Shown here one piece after another: positions 11,801 through 24,585 of a stretch of 64,000 nucleotides of DNA. The stretch comes from Marsupella aquatica (Eukaryota; Plantae; Marchantiophyta). Below the pieces are notes generated by a model, which saw only the letters and a list, made by a program, of their open reading frames with translations, searched no databases and had not been told where the DNA came from. The position numbers were made by a program, and so were the translations under genes. The stretch spans positions 19,720,857-19,784,856 of the forward strand of contig OZ316893.1 of the NCBI GenBank assembly GCA_973895155.1, read 5' to 3'. How positions within the stretch are numbered: position 1 is the stretch's first letter; every line of letters begins with the position of its first letter.

Positions 11801-14800
11801 CTCCATAGTACATAGTTTTTGCACTGCGTTATTTCTTGTCACTTCAAGCTTGGCTCGAACAATCAAGGCTGCCTTGGTTTTTCCTCTGAAGAAGAGGAAC
11901 ACTCGGTTTATCTAGTCCATGATGATTCATTTGGTCTGACATAAGTTCGGACGCTTACCGAGATAGACACGCCATGGTCAGTCTGCAATGATCTATCTTC
12001 AGTCTGCAAGGTTGCTTTGACTCCGCTTCTATTGTGGCGTTCAATTATGTTCATATGTCATGTTACCCGTTACGGAGAGTTCTGGAAATGGTGTTGGAGG
12101 GTTATTTGATTTTGTGTGGCTACTTCTGATCGTGGTACCTTGTGGTTTACACTGTATTAATGCGTCGTTGCATTGGATGTGTCTTGTTGTCAGTGGTGAG
12201 CCTAAATCCTGGTACAGCGTTCCTGGTTCCGCAGCCGAAGACTTCGAGAAGGTTTGGAATTCTTGTACCGAGAAGAAGACTTTTACTCGCCATAGCAGAC
12301 TTCAGATAGCATGTGAATTGATTGATTTCTTTTTATGAACCGTGCCGAGAAGTGATTGCTGAACGTACTGGCTGATCCAGTCTCATTCCATGCTGGATTT
12401 CTATACTCAAAGTAGACGTTCGTTGTATTATGTCCACAACGATCACATTGTGTTTGTTGATTTTTCTAAGTGATATCGAAAGAGCTGTAGCTCCATTATC
12501 TTTTGCCAGTAATAACTACGAGTCTCGATGTACTTTTTCTTCAAAGAGCCCAAGTGGATCTCTATGTGTAAAGCAGCAAAGCAAGGTTTGTAATATTGGT
12601 ATGTTGTGTGGTGGGGCTACAGGTCATGAGAAATTCCTTTCCAGACCTTTTTCAGGCGCAGCCAGATCTGCTATTCCAATTGGTTACCATGCTCAAACCA
12701 ACAGTCTTGCGGGACAATGGGGTACCTGTTTGTATGACTGTACAGGTCTGTGACTTGACTAACCTTTTTCAGACCAATTTAATTATCTTTTTTGTCGTTA
12801 GCAGATGTTATTGTACTGTGTATGTGCCTCATCAAATCTGACTTACAACGGTGCTTGTTTAAGAGTGTTTCGGCTTTCTCCTGTTGAAGTGTTTGGATTC
12901 CCGAGCTTCTGTACAGTACAGCTTCTTCAATTTTCCTTTTCTAGATTACAACATATTTTGTAGCCTCCCTGGGTCGGTGTTCATAGGCTGTGTTCTTAAT
13001 TGACTGCCCCCTGGAATGTGCCGTCATTGGTTGTTGTGATGGTGTGGTCAGCAACTGCATTTGAAGGGAAGTCGCTTTGTGTGTTGTGTCTAGTCACTGA
13101 TCGTAGACAAAGATTTTTGGGGAAATTATACTGAAACAGTTCATGATCTTACTTTTTTCAACCATCTGCACTGTTAAGTGGAGTTTTCGAAATGAATTTG
13201 GACTGGCCGTAAGCACGCTATGAGATTATTGAGGAAGAAACACCTTCTGAAGTCGAAATCACGTTACCTACCACAGGCCGAAATGTCAACAATTCAACTC
13301 TCACACCAATACAAACATTGTCGAATGTACCAAGGGTAACCTTTTTTTGTACTTGAATCACCAGGAACCTCGCAACTTTGTTGTCACATTTCCGAGATCG
13401 TATCATGGTGGCTTCAATCATGGTAATTTTTGTATTTTCTGGCCCCTATGTGTTGTCGGTGGTGTCATGTCACCCATCAATGTGCAATATGTGTTTCGTT
13501 GAGAATTTGGAGGACTGAAATTGGATGGCTAATTAAGGGTTTATGGTACCGTTTTGTTTTCATGACGAGCTAACGCAAGTTCACTCATGTGGACAGAACG
13601 TGTAACGTTTGCTGTAGTAGGCAGTTCCTGTTGCTTAGCGATGCCTTGGTCATCTCATCTCTAATGAGGAACTGAATGAACCTTTGACTGAATCGACGCC
13701 ATCCGAACTCAAACTCACGATCTGAACTTTCGTCGCGTTTGCATTGTACTGTTAGGTTTCAACTGTGCAGAAGCTGTAAATTTTGCTCCTTCAGATTGGC
13801 TTCCCTACGGCGGTTTTGGAGTGGAGCGCTACAGACTCTATCACAAGGCAGCTGTATTGTCTCACGATGAGTTGCTTTGCGTTGTGGCAAAGGTCATATT
13901 TTGTGCCGGTTTGCAGAAGTTGGATTTTGGGTTGACTTCTGGTCTAGCCAGTTAGGTTCATTGTGGGAGTTCTTATCTGAATTAGTGCTGCCTTATCTTT
14001 GCAGAAAGTGTATGTCATACTGAACTTCCAAGTCTATCTTAAGGGAGTGAATTGAACATTCAAGGGAGTACTTTTGGTTATAAATGTTTGTGCCACACTG
14101 ATTAATTTCTTCGTCCCTTTGATATAGAACCCTGACCGTGGTTTAGACGCTGATATTTTTTTGTGATTTTCTGGCAAGTCACAGAATGAGACCAGCTGTG
14201 CAAGATCTCCCTGGTTGCAGCAAGAGCTTTCTCGAATCATTACAAAAGAACGATTTCAGAGAGAATTTTTGTGGAGCCTTGGGATGGTTAAGAGCTCACC
14301 GACGACTCCACGTCCGTTCCAGGACTTTATTGGTGCTGAAGAGGTTCTCGTTACTCATATTCCACCTTTAATACACGCACCTGGTCTTACTGTGCCGGTT
14401 TTGTCCAAGTCGTAATATACTTGAATCCTGATACCAAATGAAAGAGCTCAGCAGTGTCATCTGAGTTCATGTAAATACCTTTTATAGCATCTCGTAAATC
14501 TTCTCTGATTCCAATAACGAAGTACTTGGCAAGGCACTTAAGAGGATGAATAGAGCACTTGAGAGTTCATTGTAACCGTCTCCAGGCGCAGTCTCCTTAA
14601 ACAACTGGTTGATGTTTGTGACCTTGCGGACAAGTTGCTGACTTGAAAATGGCTGCTTTGCTCATTCACTCCAATGTCCACTACACAGGACGCGGAGTGT
14701 ATCATATGTCGATATTACCTCCATTTATCTGCTGTGGTATGCCGATGTCGCCCCGGAAAGGCAGTGTGTCTGCAGGTATGTTTGTTGTTGGCATTGACAT

Positions 14801-17800
14801 AGGTTTTTGGCTCTGGTTTCTCGCTTCCATAATAAGCGTGTTTGTTCCTTTGATGGTGTACTATTGACAGTGCTGTTACTGTGGTGTAGCATGCTAGGCA
14901 ACTTTGCGAATGCAGTGCAGATCAGCAGTCCCTTCTGTACCGATTTACACTCGCGGAGCTGGAGGACCTTCTGGGCAATGAGGATCAATCTTCAGAAGAC
15001 TTCAAGATTGGGGATCAAGCTGCTGCACCTGGCAATAATCGGCGCAGATTACGACGTGGACAGAGCGGAGCTTCTTCGCTCACCAGTCATTTAACGAAAA
15101 AGGTTTGTGCTACTTCAAGTCATTGGTCTAAACAGAGAAGGAGTCGACAGTTGGGCTATCGATTCCCTTTAGGAAGTCGTTCTAAGAAGTCTGTTGTGAG
15201 GTTCTAGTCTCAGATATAGCTTAATGGCACTAGACGCGTTCTGCATTTTTTACTAAGTTTGCCGCTTGCATGTAGGTGAAAGGACGTTCTTACAAGCATT
15301 CTGAGTTGGCGGACACTTGGTTAATCCAAGCTCGTGGAGCTGGCAAGAGCCATTTACGATCTCCTGTTCTCGAGGAATTGCTTACACAGGCAGAGCAATT
15401 TCTTTGGGGTGGGCATGAAATGGACCAGGTATGTTCTAGTTTGCCTTGCTGAAAGTGGAGACACCCGTATGAGGGTAGCTAGGTTATGACGGTACGAGGC
15501 GCTTCTTGAATCTCTTGAGATCTTGTCGTTGTTCTGTCCAGGTTCGAGAGTTCGTGCAAAAGCTAAACGCTGCCCAAAAATGGGTACAAGATGTTGCAGC
15601 TTGCTCGACAGCCGCCCAAAGACATGGACATGCCAGTAGTGGGAAAGCAGTGAAAGTTGATTTTGCCTTAGTGCAGCAGCTCGTCGCTTTTGATCCTGTA
15701 CCTTGGGTGGAGCCACATCTGCAGACACTGAAGGTTGGGCATAATACTATTTTCTGTCTTGGATGTGTACTTCTCGTACGTTGCCCAACCTGACACAATT
15801 GAGTTGTCTCTAAGTGTGAATGTTGGATGATACTTGCAGGTCTTATTTGAGCCTGCTCAGAGATTGGAACAACAGATCACGGAATCACTTTCTTCTCCAT
15901 CCCAGCTTGAGGTGATTATGCAGCGAGTACTTTTTGTGGAAGTTATGCCAAAATGGAGAAGCAAAGCCTAGTTGAACATTATCCAAGGGAAAGAACTGAA
16001 TGCATGTTTGAGGCGTAGATTATCATCTTGTTCTAAGTAGCTCCTTGTACAACTTGTTGACAGATTCGAGTACTTCAAGCGCTGTTGCAAGAAGCCAGCC
16101 ATTCATCATTTGAACTTCCTGGACAGCATCAATTGAAAGATATGCTGAATTCGGCACAGGTGAGGTTTTCAGAAACTTAATATAAACGTCTGTTGTGGCA
16201 ACTGTGGAATGTCTCATCTTGCTCGGGTGATTCTGATTGTGCCGTCGCGGTCCATGCAGGTGTGGGCTGATCGTGTGCGGAAGCTGCTATCTTGTGCCAA
16301 GTTACGAACTCGTGCTCGGAAGGACGAAGTAAATTTGGAACATCTTCAATCATTGCATGCAGAGGTCAGTCTCTTGTAACAACGAAATAGTCTTTGTTGT
16401 GAACTGAAAATTGATTCCCTTCACATGTCAGCAGTTGCCAACTTTTTTGTGACGTTCAGTTCTTCCAGGCGAAGTTCCATTCAATATAATTTTGATCTTC
16501 ACTCTCTGCAGGGATTAAAGATGCCGGTGATGTTGGGGGAGAAGGAACTTCTTTATTCGACCATCAAAAGCGTGCTTGAATGGCAACTGCATGCACGCCA
16601 GATCCTAGCTTCGTCTTGTACCGAACAGGTTTGTATAGAGTATAACTTCCCTAGGGTTTGTCAGATGTGTTCGTTGTGCATATAACGGTAGGCTTGTAAA
16701 TTAACTCTATGAATTAAGAAGTTTAGCAGACCCTCCAAAAGTCAGTCTAATACCTCTAGAACCAGAGAGAACATGTTATCATTATTGTTCGTATTATCAT
16801 ATTTGTACCATCCAATCTTTTGTACTCCAATGGATTGCAAGTGTCAGGTATCGCTATGCCATTGTCCGTTTCTTCCGTAAAAATGTTATACAGACGAATG
16901 CAGGCTTATTTGATGTTACAAACAAGTAGAAGGAGAACACTTGTATGAAGGAGATTTTGGAGCTACTCAGACTTCTACGTGGGATTCGTATTTATCAGCT
17001 GTCACCTTATTGGTGCAGGAGCTGGAAGAGGCTTTGAAACAGAGCGAGTCAATGCCAGTCCACGTAGTCGAAGTGGACCTTCTGGAGGATCGGCTGCAGA
17101 AAGCAAAGACGTGGGTCCAGCATGCTCGTGATGCTTTAGTGCATGTAAAACAGCAGACAGACTACGCGGTTTCAATGGAGGTTCTGGGTGACCTCCTTCA
17201 AACTGGACGGCGCCACCAAGTCCACGGTACCTTTTGCTAAGCACTTCTGTATTGTTCTTGTATCTAGTCAACTGTTAGGAGGGAGTGCCTGCCCCATATG
17301 TGAATTTTTTTATCATTCCGTACCTGTCTCCCAGAATTTTGGATAAGAGGATTGGTAGTGTAGCTTCTTTTACACTCTTTTTCCTAGATACTCAAAGGCA
17401 TCTTCAGTACACACCAATGAAGTAGCATCACAGACATGTAATATCTATCCTTTCATAAGAAAACAAGTCTTTTTTCAAACCGGCTCCATGCGATGGACCT
17501 GGTAGCAGTGGTACTTGTCAAATTTCTCCATGGGACCCGAGTAGGTGACCCTGCCGAAATTCTTCTAATTTCTAGATAATTTGCAAATAAGAGAGATCAC
17601 ACTATTCGACCTACTTGGAATTACTGACAAGTTTTTTGTCTACGTATTTTATCTGCTTTGATGTACTGAAGGTTTGGACGAGATGGGCCTCTTAGAGGTC
17701 GAGTTGCAGAAAGTATCCTGGATGCACAATGCTTCCCAGGTAATGGTCGATCTATCTCTTGTCTCTCAACGTTATTTTCCGTGTCTTCTTTACCCAGCTG

Positions 17801-20800
17801 GCCTACGTGATCGCAAAGCTAATCGTGCAAAACTTTCACCGAGGTTACTCAAAGATTAATTCTGGAATGGTGTCTTATGATGAGCCTCATAGGTGATTCG
17901 TTGTATGTGATAGAATTTAGTCTCTTGTTTCATTGGCTATCTGTCGTATCCTATGAATGAAGACTGAAGTGCTGCCTTTTCTTAGTTCGATAGAGGTATT
18001 GTTGAGGTCGTCTGAACGATGCATCGTACTGGGTCAATAGGGATTCAAAGGCAGTTATGGGGCTTCATGCTCAATTTCAGAATGGTGTGGATACAAGTTT
18101 TGTAAGAATGACTGCAGTTACATCTCGGAAGTCCTGGAGGATGTCGTGAATTTAAACTCAAAGTCTTTTGAGTGACAGCCATGCTTAAGAAACTTGTTTA
18201 ACCTGCAACATCATAGAATATTGTAAAGGTCTCGTTTAAGCTCTCAATCTAGTCAATTCCCATCTTAGTGGCCTTGTATGGTGATCGTTTGATTTCTGTA
18301 CTAGTAGGTTGTCCGCATGTTGACTTGTTTGGACGGGTCATTAAAACAGACGTAAGTATTGGACCTTTTCTTTGCAAGAATACTAACTCGTGATGGTCCT
18401 ACTTGCAGACCCTGCTAGAGTACCCTTCTATAAATTATTTGCAAGATCTTATTGTACAGGCGACAAGGTATGATTGTACTACCTTTATTCTAGACTTCAG
18501 TGATCATCTTGAATTTGTTTGTTTTGCCGGACAAGGTGGACGTAGGATATGTTTGCTCATTCTTCATTTATTGTTCCGCTGTCTGGGTATGTGTTTGCAG
18601 ACTGCAATTAGCTGATGATAAGATCGCTATCAAAATCAGTTCAACATTAGCGGCTGCTTCTTCCTGGGAGTCGAAGGCAGGGAACATGTTACGGACCCGC
18701 GGTACTTTGGCTGATTTCATGGGACTTGCGAGGTATTGTTCTGTTTGCAATTCATGGGAGCCACTCGTCTGCTACGACTTGTTAGTCCATAAATTTTCAA
18801 AGTGGCGCCGTTTTACAGAAAGACTGATCTGGTATGAGTCTTATCGCAGTGCTGCTGAGAAGATCCATGCAAAATTGCTTCATTTGGATCCTTTTAAGGA
18901 AGCCATATCAGAGGCCAATCTATGGCTTGATCGTGCTCAAGCCTTTTGTAAGCCATTATCCACTGTTTTGGAGGAAGACAAATCTGAGCAAGAGCAACTA
19001 GATCTTCCTACCCTTCAGGTCCGTGTGTTCGTTAATGAGTCTTATAGGGTTGTGCCATACGTTTCTTTTAATTTGGGATATCTTGCGTGTTCGGAGTACA
19101 AGTGCTTTCATACTATTGATTTGGTTGTTGCTGTGGACGAGCTGGAATGGATATTTTAGATTATCAGGAACGTCTAAGTTATCTTCTATGCCCCTGGGAA
19201 CAATTACGTCTCCTTGCTTTAGACGCTGGTAGCTGCAGGCGATTATCAGGGGGATAGATTAGTTTATCTTGTGTACCCTACTCAGCAAAGATGGAGACCG
19301 ATTGTCCACGCTTGTTGGATATAGAGCACTGAGGTTGAAGAACTCTGACTGCAGGTTTTGGTGGAAGACTCCCAAAGATTGCTTGTGGTACTGGATTATG
19401 GAAAGTTACTTTGTACAGCTCTTGCGAGAGCTAAATCGTGGGTTTCTGAAGCAAACAGTTTGAAGGCTTCAGTTTTTGTCGTTCGGCAATCTGAGAGTGA
19501 AGTTAGCTGCCCTCTGCACTCGAAACTTGACGTTGCGGGGGAAGATGAGGTTAAGAAGGGTTGTCTCTGCTCCGACGAAGATGGTGAATCCAGCACTCGG
19601 CTTCAAGAAGATGTGCTCAAGTTACAAAGTCTTCTTGGAGAGGGTCTGGCACTTCGCCTTAAGATACCGGAGATAACAGAGCTACAAGGTCTATTGGGTG
19701 CAACTAAGTGGTGTCTGAAGGCTCGCCAATTGATGAAGTCTTCTCCAACCGTTAAGGTGGGAATATCCTGTTTTAGATAGTATTCTCAGACGCAATGTCA
19801 TTCAGTGAGCAAAGACCTAACCATGCAAGATTCCGTTTTTGTCATACGAACAGTCTTTGTCAGTAAGGAGATGCATCATGAAGTTAGTCAGTTGAGAGAC
19901 AAGCCACTCACGGACGTACTTAACAATCGCGGATGCACTTTTAAAATTCTTATAGGAAGTCGAATCACATCTCGAGGAGGCTAGTAGTCTGCCTGTGATA
20001 TTAGCCCAGCACTCTTCTCTTCAAAGAATGCTTATCGACGCGAAAGCATGGCTTCAAGATGCAGCCTCATTTCTCCCAGGATTTGGCATCAAAGGCAATT
20101 GCACGGAAGAGCAACTGAAACAACTGATTGCAGATGCTCAGGTAATTTCTGGTAGCTTCTCAGTGGAGTTGTTTTTAGCTTGCTATCATTTTTATGGTCA
20201 ATATGTGTATCTGATTTAAGAACTATTTTTGATGCAGCTCTTGCCAGTGTCCGTATTATCGGAAACAGCATGTCTTGAAGACATTCTGGCATCACACAGG
20301 TATTTGAGGCACATTTTCTGAGTTCTTGAGTGGAAGTGGATTCTAGTCTATCGTGTGTTTAGGCCGCGGAACGTTTTTCTCACAGGTTACTATTTTGTTT
20401 TTGGACCCTAGGACTTGGACGAGGAAGGTCCGACATGCTCTTGCTGGTGCAGCGTGCTTGACATGGTCTGAGCTTCTGAAGCTGCAGGTGTGATATCGCA
20501 CTTTGCAGTGTACCACTGTTCCAAATGTAGACCCTCGTCTAAAGCAGTGGAATTCATTGACCAAGTAGCAGACTTAAATATGAGTAATTTTGAGTCGTCT
20601 GTATTGTCTTTTACCCCCCACCCTCCCCCCTCTCGTCGCCCGGAGAGAGATTTTAACCGTATAAAGCAATGCGAGGTTTAGTCTCATTTGTCTATCGTAT
20701 CCCTCCGCATCATGGGCTTGCTTTTCTTACATGTGCCCTTTCTGAGGCAGGAGGCTGGAGAAGCAAACATTGTGCACACTGAGGAGGAGGATCTTTTGAA

Positions 20801-23800
20801 TCGCGAAGTAGTCAGTGTGGGTTCATGGATATTAAAATGTCATGAATATATTTTTCGACAACCTGCTTACCATGGTGCTACTCTTGAAGGGCTTTTGTTA
20901 AAGGTAAACACATCCCAAATAAATTTTTACACATTTCCTGGTAGTAGCCTTTTGCCTAATTTCCAGAAGTTGACGAAAGGGTTACACCAAGTTGGTAGTT
21001 GCGATTTAATAGAGAATAATAGTCATTAGGTGAAGCCCTTTATCTTTCCTTTCTATTTACTGTGCGGGGAGCATTTATGTCCTGACATTCGGAAAAGTTC
21101 GTTTAGGGTCACTAAAAACACGTCATGATAAAATGTGACGTGTTTTTAGTGATATCTCCTGTATTTTTTCGATTTATCGGCCATGGTGGAAATAAACACT
21201 CCATAGGCGACCAATTGTGTACGAATTACACTGGTAATTCTGGTGTCTCGGTAGATGGCATCCACCCCAACCAGTGGGAGTTTCATCTTATTTAGGCTTT
21301 CGGATTGGAAATTATTTTTGATACTTGATGGCTTTACCAGACACGTGGGTCCTGTGTAGTTTACATGGTCTTGGAAGCATGAGCTACGTACCACATGGTG
21401 GAATATAGATTTCTTGCTGCATGAACTTTCATGGGAAGCTATACGAAGTGGATGTTCTTGATCCGTGACTGGATTACTGCATTGTGCAGATGAAAAGTTC
21501 CATTGAGTTTGCTCTTAGTTACTTAAAAACTGAGGATATGAAAAGCGAGTCGGAGCGGCTATGCGTTTGTCAACTACCAATTGATAACTCTGACAGCAAT
21601 TTGCTGCAGTGTGATTTCTGTGAGGACTGGTAAGTCTTCTTCTCCTCGTTCGCCTTATTAGTACACAACTTCGTTATGCTGTGTATTGATGTATTTATGT
21701 TTTCATCTTTACATTATGTAGCGGGTGGGGGGGGGGGGGGGGTATGGGAACTTGTTGCAAGCGTCTAATCCTGTAAGTTGTTTTACAGGTACCATCCCTC
21801 ATGCGTAGGCGTTACGCAGGCGCAAACAAGGGGACAGAAGCAATATTTGTGCCCTTATTGCTCCTCTATTTCATGTGGTGTCACCTCTATCAACAGAGAT
21901 TTGCGCAGTAAAGTGAGTGTCTTTCTTATTGTGAAAACAAGTTTTCTCTGATTGATGATTAGGCTTTGTGTGGTTGACATAGAGTTTGCGGATGCTCTCC
22001 TTTCTAGTGTGGATGTTTCGAGGTGGGCTGACCTGGACACATGTTTGTACAGATCCATGCTACTCAAAGGGTATGGCCTAGTCTTCTGCAGGAAATGCTC
22101 GCCTCTGCCAGAATGCTGCGGTGCAGGTGCAAACCCCTGAGACATTGGTTCTCGGTTTTTCCCTGTGTATACTTATTTTGACCATTATGGCACTTCTATT
22201 AGTCGATTGTGCATTCTTCTTCTTTTTTTCAATTGCTTGATCGATATTGGAAGATAAGTATACTTTTTACATATATTGAGTCTTAGGAGCAGGCGATCAT
22301 CAACTTTAAGTTATGTAGCTAATGAACATCTATTGTGGAATCCGTTTCGTTTGCACACATTTCAAGGTTACCTTGAATTGATCCATTGGCAAACCTCTGA
22401 ATAGTCTTCCTATCTGTTTGAGAATATGTACAGGATCAAAGAGAAGGAACTGCTGGGGGTTGTGGTGGAGCTAGTTCTGCAGTGGCGAAGGAATTTCCGT
22501 GTCATGATCGAGCCAGCGTTGGTTTGCGACAACAAACACGATGCTGTGAATTATCACTCTCTGATTGCAGCTCAGAAGGTGAGAAATGAAAATGAAGCCT
22601 GATTGGGACATTCAGTATGAAGTAGATGTGGCTAGTTTTCTGATGGTGGTAAGATCACCCCCTTGACATTAACAGCCATTCAATTATTAGGATGAATGAG
22701 GACTTCTGGTTGGATTATCGTTTTTGCAGGCTGTGGAGGCTATGGAGGTGCTAGATGACGAGGAATGTTTGTTGCAAAGAGCTTTAACCGCAAATTCCTG
22801 GCGGCAGAGAGTTGTAAGGTTGCTCGATGAATCACCGAAGCCCCTTCTGCGGACTTTGACACGGACACTCAAGGAAGTAATGCTCTCTCCTTTTCAATCG
22901 TTCAATCTTTCCCATGAGATGCAGCAACTGATCTTTCATCCAAGATACGAAGCGTCTGATGCGGTGGAATTCTGATGTTGTTGTGTAGGGTATGGCAATA
23001 CCTATTTCTGAAGACGATTTTGTACTGAAGGAGCTCAAAGAGATAGAGGCTTGTGCCTCGTTTTGGGCTACACGCGCGAAGCAGGTGGGCTGGGTCTCAT
23101 GGATATTTTAGTCCCTAGTTGACTGGCGCTTGATACTTCTCAAAAGCTGTTGAAATAAATACGCAACAAAAGCCCAAGATATGGTGTAGGTTATGATAGA
23201 GCATGACCCCATCAGCGATTCGGGGGGATGCTGTTCTGTTTGATTGACCTATTGAAAGTGCTTCTGGCTAATTTTTGCTCTCCATCTGGGTTTTCAGGTC
23301 ATCGGTGATCATGGGCGGATGCCTTTATTGGATGTTAAGGCTCTTATTGCCGAGGGTCAAGATCTTCCAGTTGCTTTGAGCAAAGAACTGTCGGTGAGTT
23401 CATTTTTTCGATCTTGTATGCTCTCGTGTTGTAATTTACTTGTCAGCTTTAGCTTATGATGAGGAAACCATGTTTCTCACTTTGGAAAGCCAATTGAGTC
23501 AGCGATTTCGTGTGAGATCAGTGCCCCCCCGTACCCTCTTTGATTAACCTTGGTTCTACCTTCTTTTATCCTTACCGCCAAACTAAAGGACGTGAAAACG
23601 TACTGTACTTTTGAAGCAATTAAAGGACGTGAAAACGTGCTGTACTTTTGAAGCAATGAAATGGATTCAAAGTGTTCTTTGACGAAGTGAATTTCCTTGG
23701 CAGGCATTGAGAGAACGAAGTGTACTATATTGTGTTTGTCGAAAGCCATATGATGAGGATCGGGCAATGATAGCTTGTGATCGGTGCGGCGAATGGTACC

Positions 23801-24585
23801 ACTTCAGTTGTATCAATCTCCCAGAGCCAGATAGTAGTGATGAAGAGGCAGATGATGCAATTCAGCAAGAGTGCGAGCTCTCTGGAGACTTTGTTTGTCC
23901 ACAGTGTAAAGAGCTTTCGAGCAAGAGGGACCATGAGGAGACGGGTGCAGGATTAGTGAAGGCTGAGTACAGGTTGGAGCCATATCTCATACCTCTTGGC
24001 CATTGCACCAAAAGTCTAGTGTTGTATTTTATCCTATTGCACTCGTGGGGAATTGCGAATTGAGTGGTCCTTTTATTGGTTTCTGAAATTCTTCTTCGGT
24101 TTTACTCTGGTTAAGAAATTTACTTGTGGGTGCGTCAAGTACTCTTGCACGTGTTATCTGACGCTGTTGCTATTAACAATATAAATTTAGGATCGAGCCT
24201 TTATTGGCTATGATAGACTTGTTCGTGACCCGTTGTATCAACATTGGCAATATTTGATAAAACTGTTTTGCATTGGATGTGGAACAGAGATCAAGTTTCA
24301 GAAGAAGATGATGCCATCAACAAGGTAGTCGAGGGTGGCCCATTTAATGGTCTTGTAAGAGGGAAGAGAAGCAACAGGAGTAGTAACAAAGCAAGAGGAG
24401 AGTTTCGACACAGATGGCAAAGTCCCTTAATTGCGCCAGGTAAGTTGCTATGGCACACGCAGAAAAGAAGGAAGCAGCATGAGCAGTCTGATGGGTCTGT
24501 GAGTGCAAGTGGCAGGCCATGCCGGAGAACTGCTGGTCGACATAGTAGGTTTGAAAGTTTTGTCCTGCTTATGCGCTCTCGCTAG
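8813..24585 (+). CDS. JMJ17: KDM5/JARID1-family histone H3K4 demethylase (JmjN-ARID-PHD-JmjC-zf-C5HC2-PLU1-PHD-PHD), about 33 exons
   Basis: Exon 1 (8813-10542) encodes JmjN ([37 protein letters not shown]), an ARID-like segment (DLCKLFNAVKRHGG), PHD1 (CEQCHSG...CDRCDRGWHLYCL) and the JmjC start (LYIGMLFSSFCWHYEDH). Later GT-AG exons give GEPKSWY (12194), QEPRNFVVTFPRSYHGGFNHG (13364), FNCAEAVNFAP (13756), a C5HC2 finger (14689-14930), PLU-1-like helical repeats, PHD2 (21560-21860), PHD3 YCVCRKPYD (23707) and the C-terminus RRTAGRHSRFESF with TAG at 24583-24585. Fe-binding HxE...H residues are intact. Some internal exon borders are approximate. Confidence 0.95.
9443..9574 (+). repeat. Coding 12-bp minisatellite (11 units) encoding xKxE tetrapeptides
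   Basis: GTGAAGGAGGAA-like units encode SKPE AKAE VKEE AKED VKEE AKGE VKGE VKEE VKEE VKQE VKQE, between ARID and PHD1 of the demethylase. Confidence 0.95.
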